Shown: one piece after another, positions 34,872 through 45,738 of the stretch
Position numbering within the stretch: the first letter of the stretch is position 1
How the letters are laid out: every line of letters begins with the position of its first letter
Source of the DNA: Dehalococcoidia bacterium
Lineage (GTDB): Bacteria; Chloroflexota; Dehalococcoidia; UBA2979
Reading direction: 5' to 3'
DNA: 64,000 nt
Assembly (NCBI GenBank): GCA_965219085.1
Contig: OZ244720.1
Span: forward strand, 2,624,001-2,688,000
Notes under the pieces: model-generated
Databases searched by the model: none
What the model was told of the DNA's origin: nothing
The model's input: only the letters and a program-made list of their open reading frames with translations
Translations under genes and position numbers: made by a program

Positions 34872-36649
34872 GCGAGCCCCTCGTGCGAGAGCGTGGCCAC
34901 GGTGCGCCCGTTTGGGCCGGGGGTGTCGCCGTTCGCTGCGTGCTCGATGCGCTCAACAGGCCGCTCGACCGGCTCGGCGGCAGCGATCGCGGCGACCGGA
35001 TCCGCTGCTTCGAGGCCTGCGACGGGCTCAGGGATGTCCATCGCTGCCGCGGGCTCGGCGCCGTCCATCGCCACGATGGGCTCGGGCGCTTCGGCGGGCG
35101 CGGCAGCCTGGAAGGCGACGACGGGTTCAGCGCCTTCGATGGCCACGACGGGCTCAACGGCTTCGACCGGCCTGTCGGCCTCGATGGTAGCGACCGGTTC
35201 GGCCGCTTCGACGGCGGCGACGGGAGCCCATGTGGCGGCGACCGGCGCCGCCGCGGCCATGGCCGGGCGCATGCTCGGTACCAGCCCCCTGGCCTGCCTC
35301 GCGAGCCACGACGGCGGCGGGGCGGGGCGCGTCGAGAAGACGAAGGCGATCGAGCCGAGCCCGCCAACGAGTGCAAGGCCGATGAAGCCCGTGCGGTAGG
35401 AGCCGGTGAGGTCGTAGCTCAGCCCGGCGAGGATGGGGCCGAACACCATTCCGAGGAGGATGATCAGCGACGAGAACCCCATCACCGTCCCGAACGCCGC
35501 GCGCCCGAAGTACTCGGCCCGGATCGCCATCGTGAGTGGACCTCGGGCGCCGAACGAGAGTCCGTGGATGATCGAGAATGCGATGGCGCCCGACAACGTC
35601 GTCCACAACGTCAGCACCAGCAGCGACACCATGTGCCCGATCATCGCCACGGCGAGGATGTGGCGCATCGGCATGCGGTCGCCGAGGTAGCCCCCCACGA
35701 GCATCCCGATCACGGTCGCCACCGTGATCACGAGCAGCAGGTTCGCCGCCTGGCCCAGCGAGTAGCCGAGGCTGTCGCTGACGTACGAGACGAAGTGCAC
35801 CATCACGGCGCCGATGACGAGCAGCGAGAGGGCGTGGCCGACGGAGATGAGCCAGAAGGCGCGCGTTCGCATCGCCTCCTGCCACGTGAAGTTGATCTCG
35901 TCGGGGTCGTAGTCCTCGATCGGTCCGCCGGCGCGGAAGCCCTGGCGCGGCGGGTCGCCGTCGACGCCGTAGCCGTACTGCTCGGGGCGGTGGCGCATGA
36001 GCAAGGCGAGCGGGAGCCCAACGCCAAGCACGAGCAGCCCTGAGATGAACGATGTTTCCCGCCAGCCGATGTTCTCGAGCGCCCACGCAACGCCCGGCTG
36101 CAGGAACCCCCCGAAGGCGAAGCCAATGGTCATGATCGCCGTCGCGAGCGCTCGCTTGCGGTTGAACCAGTTCACGACTGCAACCGCGACGCCCATCATC
36201 GAGCCGACGCCCATGCCGAGCGCGATCACGATGAAGGCGATGTAGAACTCGGTGAGGGTGTTGATCTGGCTCAGCATGAAGAAGCCGATGCCGAAGATCG
36301 TGATCCCGACGAGCATGATGCGCCGCGGCCCGTACTTGTCGAGGACCCAGCCCTGGATGGGGCCGAGAAGGCCGGCTTCGACCATCTGGATGGAGAAGGC
36401 GATCGAGAGCGCCGTGCGGCTCCACCCGAACTCCTCGACGAATTCCACGACGTACAGTCCGAAGGCGTGGAACATCAGCCCGCCAAGGATGGCGTTAAGC
36501 ACGAAGCCGCCGGCGACGATATACCAGCCGAAGAAGATGCCCTTGCGCTTCGGCGGCGCGGGCGGCGGCGCCGACAGCGGCGCGAACGAGCCGTTGCCGG
36601 CGCCGACGTCGGTCGGCGTCGTGGCGTCGCGCTCGCGCGTGGCGGTCAT
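34868..36649 (-). CDS. MFS transporter with repetitive acidic C-terminal tail
   Basis: FFGWYIV, GWVLDKYGPRR motif A, multiple TMs, EPVAAIEAA-like repeats. Confidence 0.9.
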   Translation of the reverse strand: MTATRERDATTPTDVGAGNGSFAPLSAPPPAPPKRKGIFFGWYIVAGGFVLNAILGGLMFHAFGLYVVEFVEEFGWSRTALSIAFSIQMVEAGLLGPIQGWVLDKYGPRRIMLVGITIFGIGFFMLSQINTLTEFYIAFIVIALGMGVGSMMGVAVAVVNWFNRKRALATAIMTIGFAFGGFLQPGVAWALENIGWRETSFISGLLVLGVGLPLALLMRHRPEQYGYGVDGDPPRQGFRAGGPIEDYDPDEINFTWQEAMRTRAFWLISVGHALSLLVIGAVMVHFVSYVSDSLGYSLGQAANLLLVITVATVIGMLVGGYLGDRMPMRHILAVAMIGHMVSLLVLTLWTTLSGAIAFSIIHGLSFGARGPLTMAIRAEYFGRAAFGTVMGFSSLIILLGMVFGPILAGLSYDLTGSYRTGFIGLALVGGLGSIAFVFSTRPAPPPSWLARQARGLVPSMRPAMAAAAPVAATWAPVAAVEAAEPVATIEADRPVEAVEPVVAIEGAEPVVAFQAAAPAEAPEPIVAMDGAEPAAAMDIPEPVAGLEAADPVAAIAAAEPVERPVERIEHAANGDTPGPNGRTVATLSHEGLA

Positions 36650-36814
36650 CGCTGCGGTCCCGCCTCGCGGCGTCCGCGCGTGTGTGGACGGCTCGAAGTC
36701 AGCATGTTGTCGCCGATGATAACGCGCCGGGGCGTTGCGGTCTGAAGGCGATGCACAGGGTTCCCGGGGAGCAGGCGCAGCCTCATGGCCCGGACGACTT
36801 CCCGTGCGACGACC

Positions 36815-38134
36815 TCAACCGCTCGCGTCCTCGAGGTAGACGGTGCCGATCACCTCGTCGTCGATGAGTTGCTGGTAGCGCGCCTCGTCGATGCCGAGGA
36901 GGCCCTGCAGGATTTCGGCGTTGTGCTCGCCGAGCGTCGGCGCGGGCGTCTCGAGGTCGGCCGGGCCGCGCGCGAACTTCGCCATCTCGCCGGGGTAGAG
37001 GTAGGGGCCGATGACGGGGTGGCCGATCTCGGCGAAGAAGTCGCGGGCCAGCAACTGCGGGTCGTCGAACATGTCGGGCTGGTGGTAGACGATCGCCGCC
37101 GGTAGGCCCACCGCCTGCAGCCGCGCCATCCACTCCCCCGGCGTACGGTCCGCCGTCGCGCCCGCCACGAGCGCCTCGAGGGCGTCCTCGTTGCGCTTGC
37201 GTGCGACGACGGTCGCGAAGCGCGGGTCGCCGGCGAGCCCGGGCAGCCCGAGCTCGGTGGCGAGTGCGCCGAACGCCGCGTCGCTCGGGACGGCGATCGC
37301 GATCCACGCGTCCTCGCCGCGTGCGGGGAAGACGCCGCATGGCGCCATCGAGGGGTCGCGGTTGCCCTGCGGCTCCTGCACGCGGCGGTTGAGCGAGTAG
37401 TCCATGAAGCCGTACGAGACGTGGTGGGCGACGGCCTCCGACTGCGAGATCTCGATGAACTGTCCGCGCCCCGTGTGCTCGCGGGCGATGAGCGCGGCGA
37501 TGATCGAGAAGGCGGCGTGTGCGCCCGCGTTCGGGTCGCCGTGGAACGTCGCCGTCACCTCGGCGGGCGACTCGCCGCGGTAGCCGCGCAGCATCGTGTG
37601 GCCGGCGACGGCCTCCATCGTCGCGCCGTAGCCCTTGAAGTGGCTGTACGGCCCGCTCAGCCCGAAGCCCGGGAAGCTCGCCATCACGAGCCTCGGGTTC
37701 AACTCCGACAGCGCGTCCCAGCCGCCGAAGAGCCGGTCGACGACGCCCGCGGCGTTGTTCTCGATGTACGCGTCGGAAATGCGCACGAGGTCGAAGAACA
37801 GCTCACGGCCCGCCTCGCTGCGGAGGTCGAGCGTGACGCTCTTGTGGCCGCGCGAGGCGTAGTTGAAGGAGTTGCGGCGGTTCCAGAAGCCCTCGCTGAT
37901 GTCGCGGCGGGCGAAGCTCGCGCCCATCGGTCCCTGCGCCTGCTCCCGCGGCACGTGGCGGACGTTGCCGCGCGTGGGCGTGAAGTGCTGGATCGACTCG
38001 ATCTCTATCACCTCGGCGCCGAGGTCGGAGAGCATGAGCGTGCCGGTCGGCCCCGCCCACACGATCGCCTGCGAGAGGATGCGCACACCCGCCAGCGGGC
38101 GAGGGTCGTTGGCGGCGTCGGGCGCGGCGGCCAT
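36815..38134 (-). CDS. CaiB/BaiF CoA-transferase
   Basis: PLAGVRIL, LSDLGAEVIEIE, GHKSVTLDL, GFGLSGPY, APTLGEH. Confidence 0.9.
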   Translation of the reverse strand: MAAAPDAANDPRPLAGVRILSQAIVWAGPTGTLMLSDLGAEVIEIESIQHFTPTRGNVRHVPREQAQGPMGASFARRDISEGFWNRRNSFNYASRGHKSVTLDLRSEAGRELFFDLVRISDAYIENNAAGVVDRLFGGWDALSELNPRLVMASFPGFGLSGPYSHFKGYGATMEAVAGHTMLRGYRGESPAEVTATFHGDPNAGAHAAFSIIAALIAREHTGRGQFIEISQSEAVAHHVSYGFMDYSLNRRVQEPQGNRDPSMAPCGVFPARGEDAWIAIAVPSDAAFGALATELGLPGLAGDPRFATVVARKRNEDALEALVAGATADRTPGEWMARLQAVGLPAAIVYHQPDMFDDPQLLARDFFAEIGHPVIGPYLYPGEMAKFARGPADLETPAPTLGEHNAEILQGLLGIDEARYQQLIDDEVIGTVYLEDASG

Positions 38135-39342
38135 CAGACGATGCTCCGCTGGCGCAGGACGGCGACATCCTGCCTCGTGTAGCCGAGCTCCCCGGTCAGC
38201 ACCTCGACGGTGTGCTGGCCGAGGGTGGGCGCCGGGAGCACCTCGCCGGGCGTGTCCGACATGCGCAGCGCCAGCCCCGGCAGCACGACGTCGCCCGTGG
38301 CCGGCTGCGTGACGGTCGCGAAGAACCCGCGCTCGCCCAGGTGGGGGTCGGCGAACAAGTCCGCCATCGTGTTGAGCGCGCTCACCGGCAAGCCCTCGGC
38401 CTGGCCCTTCTCCATCGCCTCACGCTTCGTGCGCGTGCGCAACCAGTCGGTGAGCAGCGGCTCGACCACCGGAAGGAAGTCGGGATCCTCGAGGCGCCCG
38501 AGGAACGCCTCGTCGTCCGCGATGTCGGGACGGTCGATCATGCGGGCCAGGCGAGGGAAGAAGTTCGATTGCCCGGTGATCGAGACGTAGCCGTCGCTGC
38601 AGCGGAACACGCCGTTCGGCATCGCGGTGCGGAACTGGTTCACCGCGCGCGTCGACATGAGGCCGCCCGTGTACTGGTACGCGACGAGGTTGGGGCCGCC
38701 CCGGTCCATCGAGCTGGCGAGGATCTCCATCAGCGAGGCGTCGACGCGCTCGCCGCGGCCGGTGCGGCGCGACCCGAAGACGGCGCCGATGGTGTAGGTG
38801 GCGAGCACGCCGCCCGCGAGGAAGAGCGGCGCGTAGAGCCCGATCCGCGTCGGCTCGCGACCCTCGGCGCCGGTGAGCGAGAGCACGCCGCCGATGGCGT
38901 ACGCGCCGAGGTCGTCGAGCTCGAAGTCGCGGTAGGGGCCGTCCTGCCCGAAGTTGCTGAGCTGTACGAGCGCCGCCGCCGGCTGGATCGCGTCGAGGCG
39001 CTCGGCGTCGAGCCCGAGCCGCGCGAGGGCGCCCGGCCGGAACGACTCGATCACGAGGTCGGCGTTGGCCGCGAGGCGCTGGAGGATGCGCCGTCCCGTG
39101 GCGGTCGCGAGGTTGAGCGTGACACTGCGCTTGCCGCTGTTGAGCTCGAAGAACAGGCCGCTGCGGTCGGGGTGCGGGCGGTCGCCGGGGAAGGGTCCGA
39201 TCCGCCGCGTGGGGTCGCCGCCGCCGGGGCGCTCGACCTTGATCACGTCGGCGCCGTAGTCGGAGAGCAGCATGGTGGCGTAGGGAGCCGCGACCCCCTG
39301 TGTGAGGTCCAGCACGCGGATGCCGAGCAGCGGTCCGGCCAT
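38134..39342 (-). CDS. CaiB/BaiF CoA-transferase
   Basis: PLLGIRVLDL, DYGADVIKVE, NSGKRSVTLNL, FGQDGPY, APTLGQHT. Confidence 0.9.
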   Translation of the reverse strand: MAGPLLGIRVLDLTQGVAAPYATMLLSDYGADVIKVERPGGGDPTRRIGPFPGDRPHPDRSGLFFELNSGKRSVTLNLATATGRRILQRLAANADLVIESFRPGALARLGLDAERLDAIQPAAALVQLSNFGQDGPYRDFELDDLGAYAIGGVLSLTGAEGREPTRIGLYAPLFLAGGVLATYTIGAVFGSRRTGRGERVDASLMEILASSMDRGGPNLVAYQYTGGLMSTRAVNQFRTAMPNGVFRCSDGYVSITGQSNFFPRLARMIDRPDIADDEAFLGRLEDPDFLPVVEPLLTDWLRTRTKREAMEKGQAEGLPVSALNTMADLFADPHLGERGFFATVTQPATGDVVLPGLALRMSDTPGEVLPAPTLGQHTVEVLTGELGYTRQDVAVLRQRSIV

Positions 39343-39514
39343 CGAGGCCCCCTCAACCGGTGGCCTGACGGTAGGCGGCGCGGGGCTGTCTTTCAAGCGG
39401 CGGGACGCCGTAGCCACCGGGAGCGAGGTGATCGGGGCGCGCGATCGCTAGACTGCGCTCGTCGGAGAGCGCACGCCGGAGCGGGCGGGCGCCGTGGGCG
39501 AAGGGAGTTGCGGG

Positions 39515-40276
39515 ATGGCGGACGTGATCTACGAGAAGCGCGACTTCTACGCGCTGTTCACGATGAACCGGCCCGAGCGCCTGAACGCTCAGAGCCTCGG
39601 TCTCCAGCAGGAGATGGAGGAGGCCGTGGCCGACTTCAACGAGGACGTGCACATGCGGGTCGGCATCCTCACGGGCGCCGGCCGCGCGTTCTGCGCGGGC
39701 GCGGACCTCAAGGAGATGGCGGAACGCATCGGCGCGCAAGACGAGTCCTACACGGATTGGGACGAGACGATCTTTCTGCGGAGCCCCAAGCCGTTCATCG
39801 CGGCGATCAACGGCCTCGCCATCGGGGGCGGCCTGGAGTACGCGCTCGACTGCGACATCCGGATCTGCTCGGCGGAGGCCTACTTCGGACTGTTCGAGGT
39901 GCGTCGCGGGATCGCTGCCGGTTACGCCTGGTACCACCTGCCGCGCGTCATCGACATGGCGGCCGCGAACTACGTGCTGCTGACCGGCGAGCGCATCTCC
40001 ACGGAGCAGGCGCTGCGGTTCGGCATCGTGACGGAGGTGGTCGAGCCGGACCGCCTGATGCCGCGCGCGGTCGAGATCGCGGGGTTGATCGCGCAGAACG
40101 CGCCGCTGTCCGTGCAGGGCACGAAGGAGGTCGCGCGCACCTGGCGCACGGCCCAACTGGACGACTCGGTGCGCGTCGGCGACCTGGTGCTCGAGACGAT
40201 CATGGCCTCCGAGGACGCAATCGAGGGCCCGACGGCCTTCGCGGAGAAGCGCGAGCCGCGCTGGCAGGGTCGCTAA
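39515..40276 (+). CDS. Enoyl-CoA hydratase
   Basis: NRPERLNA, FCAGADLKE, GGGLE, FGLFE. Confidence 0.9.
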   Translation: MADVIYEKRDFYALFTMNRPERLNAQSLGLQQEMEEAVADFNEDVHMRVGILTGAGRAFCAGADLKEMAERIGAQDESYTDWDETIFLRSPKPFIAAINGLAIGGGLEYALDCDIRICSAEAYFGLFEVRRGIAAGYAWYHLPRVIDMAAANYVLLTGERISTEQALRFGIVTEVVEPDRLMPRAVEIAGLIAQNAPLSVQGTKEVARTWRTAQLDDSVRVGDLVLETIMASEDAIEGPTAFAEKREPRWQGR

Positions 40277-40392
40277 CGTTCACGCCGCGAGGCGCTGAGG
40301 CCGCGTGTTCGCTAGACTGCTTGCGCCCGGAAGTGACGGGCCGGCGCGAACGTCGAGCAGGCGAGGGCGCTGAAGTCGGGAGGAGCTGGCGA

Positions 40393-41166
40393 ATGCCGGA
40401 CGTAATCTATGAGAAGCGTGACTTCTATGCGCTGTTCACGCTGAACCGCCCCGAGCGCCTCAACGCCCTCGGCGGCACGCTCATGTCCGAGATGGAGGAG
40501 GCGGTCGCCGACTTCAACGAGGACGTGAACATGCGGGCCGGCATCGTGACCGGCTCGGGCCGCGCCTTCTGCGCGGGCGCGGATCTCAAGGAGATGGCCG
40601 AGCGCGTCACCGGCGAGGGCCAGGCCTTCCGCGGCGGCCAGCCGCAGATGGATGGCATGGTCTACTCGCGCAGCCCCAAGCCGTTCATCGCCGCGGTCAA
40701 CGGCCTCGCTATCGGCGGCGGCATGGAGACCTCGCTCGACTGCGACATCCGCATCTGCTCGACCGAGGCGTACTTCGGCCTGTTCGAGGTGAAGCGCGGC
40801 ATCCTCGCCGGGTACGGCATGTACCACCTGCCGCGCGTCATCGGCGCGGCGGCCTCGAACTACGTGCTGCTGACGGGCGACCGCATCTCGCCGGAGCAGG
40901 CGCTGCAGTTCGGGATCGTGACCGAGGTGCTTGAGCCCGACCGGCTGATCCCGCGCGCGGCCGAGATCGCCGAGCTGATCGCGAGCAACGCGCCGCTGTC
41001 CATCCAGGGCACGAAGCAGGTCGCGCAGTCCTGGCGCAAGGCCAAGATGACCGACTCGATGGCCGTCGGCGCGCTCGTCAGCGAGAAGGTGCTCGCGTCC
41101 GAGGACTCCAAGGAAGGCCCCGTGGCCTTCGCCGAGAAGCGCGAGGCACGCTGGCAGGGCCGCTAG
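40393..41166 (+). CDS. Enoyl-CoA hydratase, tandem paralogue
   Basis: MPDVIYEKRDFYALFTLNRPERLNA, GGGME, FGLFE. Confidence 0.9.
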   Translation: MPDVIYEKRDFYALFTLNRPERLNALGGTLMSEMEEAVADFNEDVNMRAGIVTGSGRAFCAGADLKEMAERVTGEGQAFRGGQPQMDGMVYSRSPKPFIAAVNGLAIGGGMETSLDCDIRICSTEAYFGLFEVKRGILAGYGMYHLPRVIGAAASNYVLLTGDRISPEQALQFGIVTEVLEPDRLIPRAAEIAELIASNAPLSIQGTKQVAQSWRKAKMTDSMAVGALVSEKVLASEDSKEGPVAFAEKREARWQGR

Positions 41167-41343
41167 CGCCCACCTCGCAGCATCGTTCGTAACGGACGGC
41201 CCGCGCCGAGAGGTGTGGGCCGTTCTGCGTCTCCGGATGCTCGCGCCCGTACCCGGTACGCGGCCCTCGCCAGTACACTACCCCGGCGGGGTATGCGGGC
41301 GGCTTGTGGCCGCGCTCAGAGGGCGCCTGTGACGCACGGAGCA

Positions 41344-42660
41344 ATGGCGGACGTGGATGCGACGCCGCGCCGGCCGCGCGTCTTCTGGGGCTGGTGGATC
41401 TTCGCCGCCGCGATCATCGCGCAGTTCGTCACCATCGGCTTCGCTGCGCAGGTCACCGGCGTGTTCCTCAAGCCGATGACCGAGGAGCTCGGCTGGACGC
41501 GCTCCGAGTACGTGCTCGCCGCCTCGCTGGGGTTCGGCATCGGCGGGATCAGCGGCTTCTTCATCGGCCCGCTCATCGACCGCTACGGCGCGCGTCCGAT
41601 CATGCTCGTGGGCGCGACGCTCGGCGGGCTGTCGCTCATCGTCGTCTCGCAGATCGAGGCGCTGTGGCAGTTCATCCTCGTGCGAGGTGCATTCAGCCAA
41701 CTCGGGCTCTTCATGGTCGGCCCGTTCGTCGTGAACGTGACGCTCTCGAAGTGGTTCGTGATCAACCGGGGGCGCGTGATCGCGCTGGCCTCGATCGGCC
41801 CCGCGCTCGGCGGGGTGATCCCGCCGCTGGTGCTCACGCCGATCGTCGACAACTACGGCTGGGAAGCGGGCTGGGTGGTGATGGGCATCACCACGCTCGT
41901 GCTCGTGTACCCGTGCGCGCTCATCATGCGGAGGCAGCCGGAGGACTATGGCATCCTGCCCGACGGCAAGACCGGCTACGAGGAGTCGACCGAGGAGGAG
42001 CGGCGGCAGAGGGAGTTCGTCCGTCGCGACTTCGCGAGTTCCTACACGCGCGGCGAAGCCGTGCGGACCAGCTCGATGTGGTTGCTTGTGGTGGGGTTCG
42101 CCTTCGCGGTAGCCGTGGTGGGCTCGGTGTTCGCGCACGTCATCCCGTTTATCACCGACGCGGGCTACACCCGGCCGCAGGCGGCGTTCGTGTTCGCGAC
42201 GCAGGGCGTGGTCGCGCTTGTCTCGAAGTTCTTCTGGGCGTGGATCATGCAGAAGAGCTCACCGCGCGGGCTGACGGTGCTGTCGATGGCGATGATGGGC
42301 GCCTCGGTGGCGCTGCTCTCGCCGGCCGCCGACCACTCGTTGGGGGCGCTGCTTGTGGCGTTCTCGATGTTCGGGTTCGGCGTCGGCGGGATGTTCCCGC
42401 TGTTCGAGTTCGTATGGGCGTGGTACTTCGGGCGGCGCTACATCGGGGCGGTGCGCAGCACCGGACTGCCGGTGAGCGTGGTGATCGCGGTGACGGGGCC
42501 GATCCTGACCGGGCTCTACTTCGACTCGGTCGGGAACTACACCGGCGCATTCTTCGCCCTCGCCGCCGTGCTCATCATCGGCAGTGCGCTCATCCTGATC
42601 TCGCGTCGGCCTGCGCCAAAGCAGCCCGCCGAGGCGCCGCCGATGGCGCGGGGGGCGTAG
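41344..42660 (+). CDS. MFS transporter
   Basis: FWGWWI, GPLIDRYGARP, YFGRR. Confidence 0.9.
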   Translation: MADVDATPRRPRVFWGWWIFAAAIIAQFVTIGFAAQVTGVFLKPMTEELGWTRSEYVLAASLGFGIGGISGFFIGPLIDRYGARPIMLVGATLGGLSLIVVSQIEALWQFILVRGAFSQLGLFMVGPFVVNVTLSKWFVINRGRVIALASIGPALGGVIPPLVLTPIVDNYGWEAGWVVMGITTLVLVYPCALIMRRQPEDYGILPDGKTGYEESTEEERRQREFVRRDFASSYTRGEAVRTSSMWLLVVGFAFAVAVVGSVFAHVIPFITDAGYTRPQAAFVFATQGVVALVSKFFWAWIMQKSSPRGLTVLSMAMMGASVALLSPAADHSLGALLVAFSMFGFGVGGMFPLFEFVWAWYFGRRYIGAVRSTGLPVSVVIAVTGPILTGLYFDSVGNYTGAFFALAAVLIIGSALILISRRPAPKQPAEAPPMARGA

Positions 42661-43614
42661 TTGGGCGAGGCAGCCGCAGTGGGCGCGGCGGTCAGTTGGG
42701 CCTTCTCGAGCGTCGCGCTCACCTCGGTGAGCGCGCGCGTGCCGGCGCTGGTGGTCGGCGCGCTGATGGCGTCGTTCGCGAGCCTCATCCTCCTCGGCGC
42801 ACTCGTCGTCACAGGGCAGTACGAGGACCTGACGGCGGCGAGCGCGACAACGCTGCTGGCCCTCCTGGGGAGCGGCGTCATCGGCTTCGTCATCGCGGAG
42901 CCGCTCTACGTGCGCACGCTCTCCATCCTCGGTATGCAGCGCACCTACCCGGTCGCCATGGGCCTGTTCATCCTGTTCGCGACCACCGGCGGCATCGTGC
43001 TGCTGGGCGAGCGTTTCACGCCCGGGCTGATTGCGGGAGGGGTGCTGATCGTGGGCGGCGCGTATCTCATCGCGGCATTCCGCCGGGAGCAGTTGCCGCA
43101 CGCGAGCCATGCCGGTCCGCAGTCCGCCGGTGAGGGCGGGACCCGGAGGGCGACGGCTCCTGCCGCGGTCAGCGCGAGCCCCAGACGCCTCCAGGCGTAC
43201 GGCATGCTGGTGCTCGTGCCCGTGATGTGGACGACGGCCACACTGGTGCTCGCCCACACGGGCGACGAAGTCGGCCCGATCCCGGCGGCCGCGCTGCGCG
43301 TACCCGCGGGCGCGATGTTGCTGACGGCGTTCCTGCTGCTCGCGCGTCCGCGCGATCTGGAGGCCGCGCTGCGGAGTCGGCGCGACGTGCTCACGATCGC
43401 CGGGGCAGGCGTGGTGGGCATCTCGATCGCGAGTCTGCTGTTCGTCTTCGCGCTGTTCGAGGCGGGCGCGGCGCGTACGTCGGTGCTGACGGCCAGTTCG
43501 CCGCTGTTCGCGATGCCACTCGCCGTTGCGTTCCTGGGCGAGCAACTGACGCGGTACGTGCTGCTGGGGACGACCCTGAGCGTGGCGGGCATCATTATCG
43601 TCGTCACGCTCTGA
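42661..43614 (+). CDS. DMT/EamA family transporter
   Basis: Two EamA halves, LLGERFT and FLGEQLT. Confidence 0.85.
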   Translation: MGEAAAVGAAVSWAFSSVALTSVSARVPALVVGALMASFASLILLGALVVTGQYEDLTAASATTLLALLGSGVIGFVIAEPLYVRTLSILGMQRTYPVAMGLFILFATTGGIVLLGERFTPGLIAGGVLIVGGAYLIAAFRREQLPHASHAGPQSAGEGGTRRATAPAAVSASPRRLQAYGMLVLVPVMWTTATLVLAHTGDEVGPIPAAALRVPAGAMLLTAFLLLARPRDLEAALRSRRDVLTIAGAGVVGISIASLLFVFALFEAGAARTSVLTASSPLFAMPLAVAFLGEQLTRYVLLGTTLSVAGIIIVVTL

Positions 43615-43647
43615 GCCCTCGGGCCGGCGGCGCGCTGGAGGCCAAAC

Positions 43648-44562
43648 GTGGGTGAAGCTGCGGCACTGACGATGGCGGTGAGCTGGGCCGCCACGGGCGC
43701 TGCCGTCACCTCGCTCAGTGCCCGCCTCCCGGCGATGGCGCTGACGGGCCTGGAGATCTCGTTCGCCACCATCGTCATCCTCGGCGCGCTCATCGTGTCG
43801 GGGCAGGCGGGAGACGTGGCCGGCGCCAGCGCGGTCACGCTGCTGGCGGTGGCGGGCAGCGGCGTCATCGATTTCGCCGTCGCCGAGCCGGTCTACATTC
43901 GCGCACTGCGCGTGGCCGGGATGCAGCGCACCTACGGCGTCACGACGGGACTCTTCATCCTGCTCACCACCGCTGGCGGCGTCGTCATCCTCGGCGAGCG
44001 CTTCACGCCCGGCCTCCCGATCGGCGGCGCGCTCATCGTCTGCGGCACCTACCTCATCGTCGCGCGCTGGCAGGCGCCCGCCAGTCGCGAGGCGGCGCCG
44101 CCCGGCTCCTCGGCGGTCGCTGCGCCGGCGCGGGCCATCGAGGGCTATGCGTTGCTGGTGGCGGTGCCGATCCTGTGGGCCGCCTCGACGCTGTGGCTCG
44201 CGGGCGCGGGCGGCGACCTCGGCACGATCCCGTCGGCTGCACTGCGTGTGACGACAGGCACCGTCTTGCTGATGGCGGTGCTGCTGACCGTGCGCCGCAA
44301 GGACCTGCGGTTCGCGGTCTCGCGGCGGCGCGACGTGGTCACGATCGCGCTCGCGAGCCTTGTGGGTATCTCCGTCGCCAACCTGCTCTACGTCTACGCG
44401 CTGGTCGAGGCGGGCGCGGCGCGCACGGCCGTACTCGCGGCGAGCGCCCCACTGTTCGCGATCCCGTTCGCGATCGTGTTTCTTCGGGAGCCGCTGACAC
44501 GGCGAGTGGTGCTGGGGACTACCCTGAGCGTGACGGGCATCATCGTCGTCGTCACGTTCTGA
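43648..44562 (+). CDS. DMT/EamA family transporter, tandem paralogue
   Basis: Collinear with the upstream gene; ILGERFT and FLREPLT. Confidence 0.85.
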   Translation: MGEAAALTMAVSWAATGAAVTSLSARLPAMALTGLEISFATIVILGALIVSGQAGDVAGASAVTLLAVAGSGVIDFAVAEPVYIRALRVAGMQRTYGVTTGLFILLTTAGGVVILGERFTPGLPIGGALIVCGTYLIVARWQAPASREAAPPGSSAVAAPARAIEGYALLVAVPILWAASTLWLAGAGGDLGTIPSAALRVTTGTVLLMAVLLTVRRKDLRFAVSRRRDVVTIALASLVGISVANLLYVYALVEAGAARTAVLAASAPLFAIPFAIVFLREPLTRRVVLGTTLSVTGIIVVVTF

Positions 44563-44598
44563 GCCCTCGCGGCGCGGAACGCCGGGAGGAGGGCCGAG

Positions 44599-45621
44599 GT
44601 GAGCGCGAGCGAACACGACGCGGACGAGCAGGGCGCGGACGAGCACGACGCGGACGAGCAGAGCCCGCCAGAGCAGACCGCGCCGGGGCCACGAGTCCCG
44701 GGACTGGGCCTCCCCAGGGCCGGTGCAACGGAGCAGGGCACACCTGAAGCGGACCCAGCGGGACCGGGCGCACCGGGACCGGGCGCACCGGGACTGGGCA
44801 TACCGAGGGCGGACGCCCCCGAACAGCCCTCGCCCGACCGCAGCCCGAGCGACATCGCCAACGAACTCAACGAGCGCGGCATCGCGTTCGCGCAGTCGGG
44901 CGAGACCGAGCGCGCGCTCGCCGAGTTCACGCGCGCGATCGAGACCGCGCCCGACGCGAAGGAGCCGTACAACAACCGCGGCAACCTGCTGCTCGACGTC
45001 GGCCAGCCCCAGCGCGCCGAGGACGACTACAACCGCGCGCTCGAGATCGACCCCAACTACGTCGACCCGTACTGCGGCCGCGCGGCGGCGCGCCGCACCC
45101 TCGGGCGCGTGGACGAGGCGCTCGAGGACTACGAGCGGGCGCTGGCGCTGCAGCCGGGCAAGGTGAACGCGTTCCTCGGGCGCGGCGAGACGCGCCGCCT
45201 GCGTGGTGACCTGGACGGCGCGCTCGATGACTTCGACCAGGCGATGGAGATCGGGAGCGACCCGGACCGCGTGGCGGCGCTGACGGGCCGCGCGGCGGTC
45301 CTCGCCGACGTCGGCGAGTTCGACCGGGCGCTCGAGGATCTGGACCGCGCAATCGGCATTGCGCCGAACAGCGTCACCGCGCTGAACAACCGGGGCGTGG
45401 TGCTGCTCGGCGCGGGCCGGGCGGAGGGGGCGATCGCGGACTTCGACAAGGTGCTGGAGCAGCAGCCGCTACTGGTGGCCGCGCTGGTGAATCGCGGTCG
45501 CGCGCACGCCAGCACGGGGGCGAGGTGGAAGGCGCGGTCGGACTTCGAACGCGCCCTGGCGGTGACCGCCGACGAGGGGCTGCGGGCACGCATCAACACG
45601 CTCATGGAGCGATTGACGTAG
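44599..45621 (+). CDS. TPR-repeat protein with low-complexity N-terminus
   Basis: Repeated YNNRG / A..DF..A TPR motifs. Confidence 0.85.
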   Translation: MSASEHDADEQGADEHDADEQSPPEQTAPGPRVPGLGLPRAGATEQGTPEADPAGPGAPGPGAPGLGIPRADAPEQPSPDRSPSDIANELNERGIAFAQSGETERALAEFTRAIETAPDAKEPYNNRGNLLLDVGQPQRAEDDYNRALEIDPNYVDPYCGRAAARRTLGRVDEALEDYERALALQPGKVNAFLGRGETRRLRGDLDGALDDFDQAMEIGSDPDRVAALTGRAAVLADVGEFDRALEDLDRAIGIAPNSVTALNNRGVVLLGAGRAEGAIADFDKVLEQQPLLVAALVNRGRAHASTGARWKARSDFERALAVTADEGLRARINTLMERLT

Positions 45622-45738
45622 CCCCGAGGCACTGCGAGGCTGCCCGCAACCGACGCAGGCAACGGGTGCCAGGGTGCCTCGTGGCCCGCGGGCCGATGAC
45701 AGCGAATCAGCGCGTTCGCGCGTGTGAGAGGGGATGCA

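Noticed and set aside
44611-44800. 15-bp tandem repeats in the TPR gene 5' region
   Set aside because: In-frame low-complexity coding repeats (EHDAD, GPGAP); ordinary
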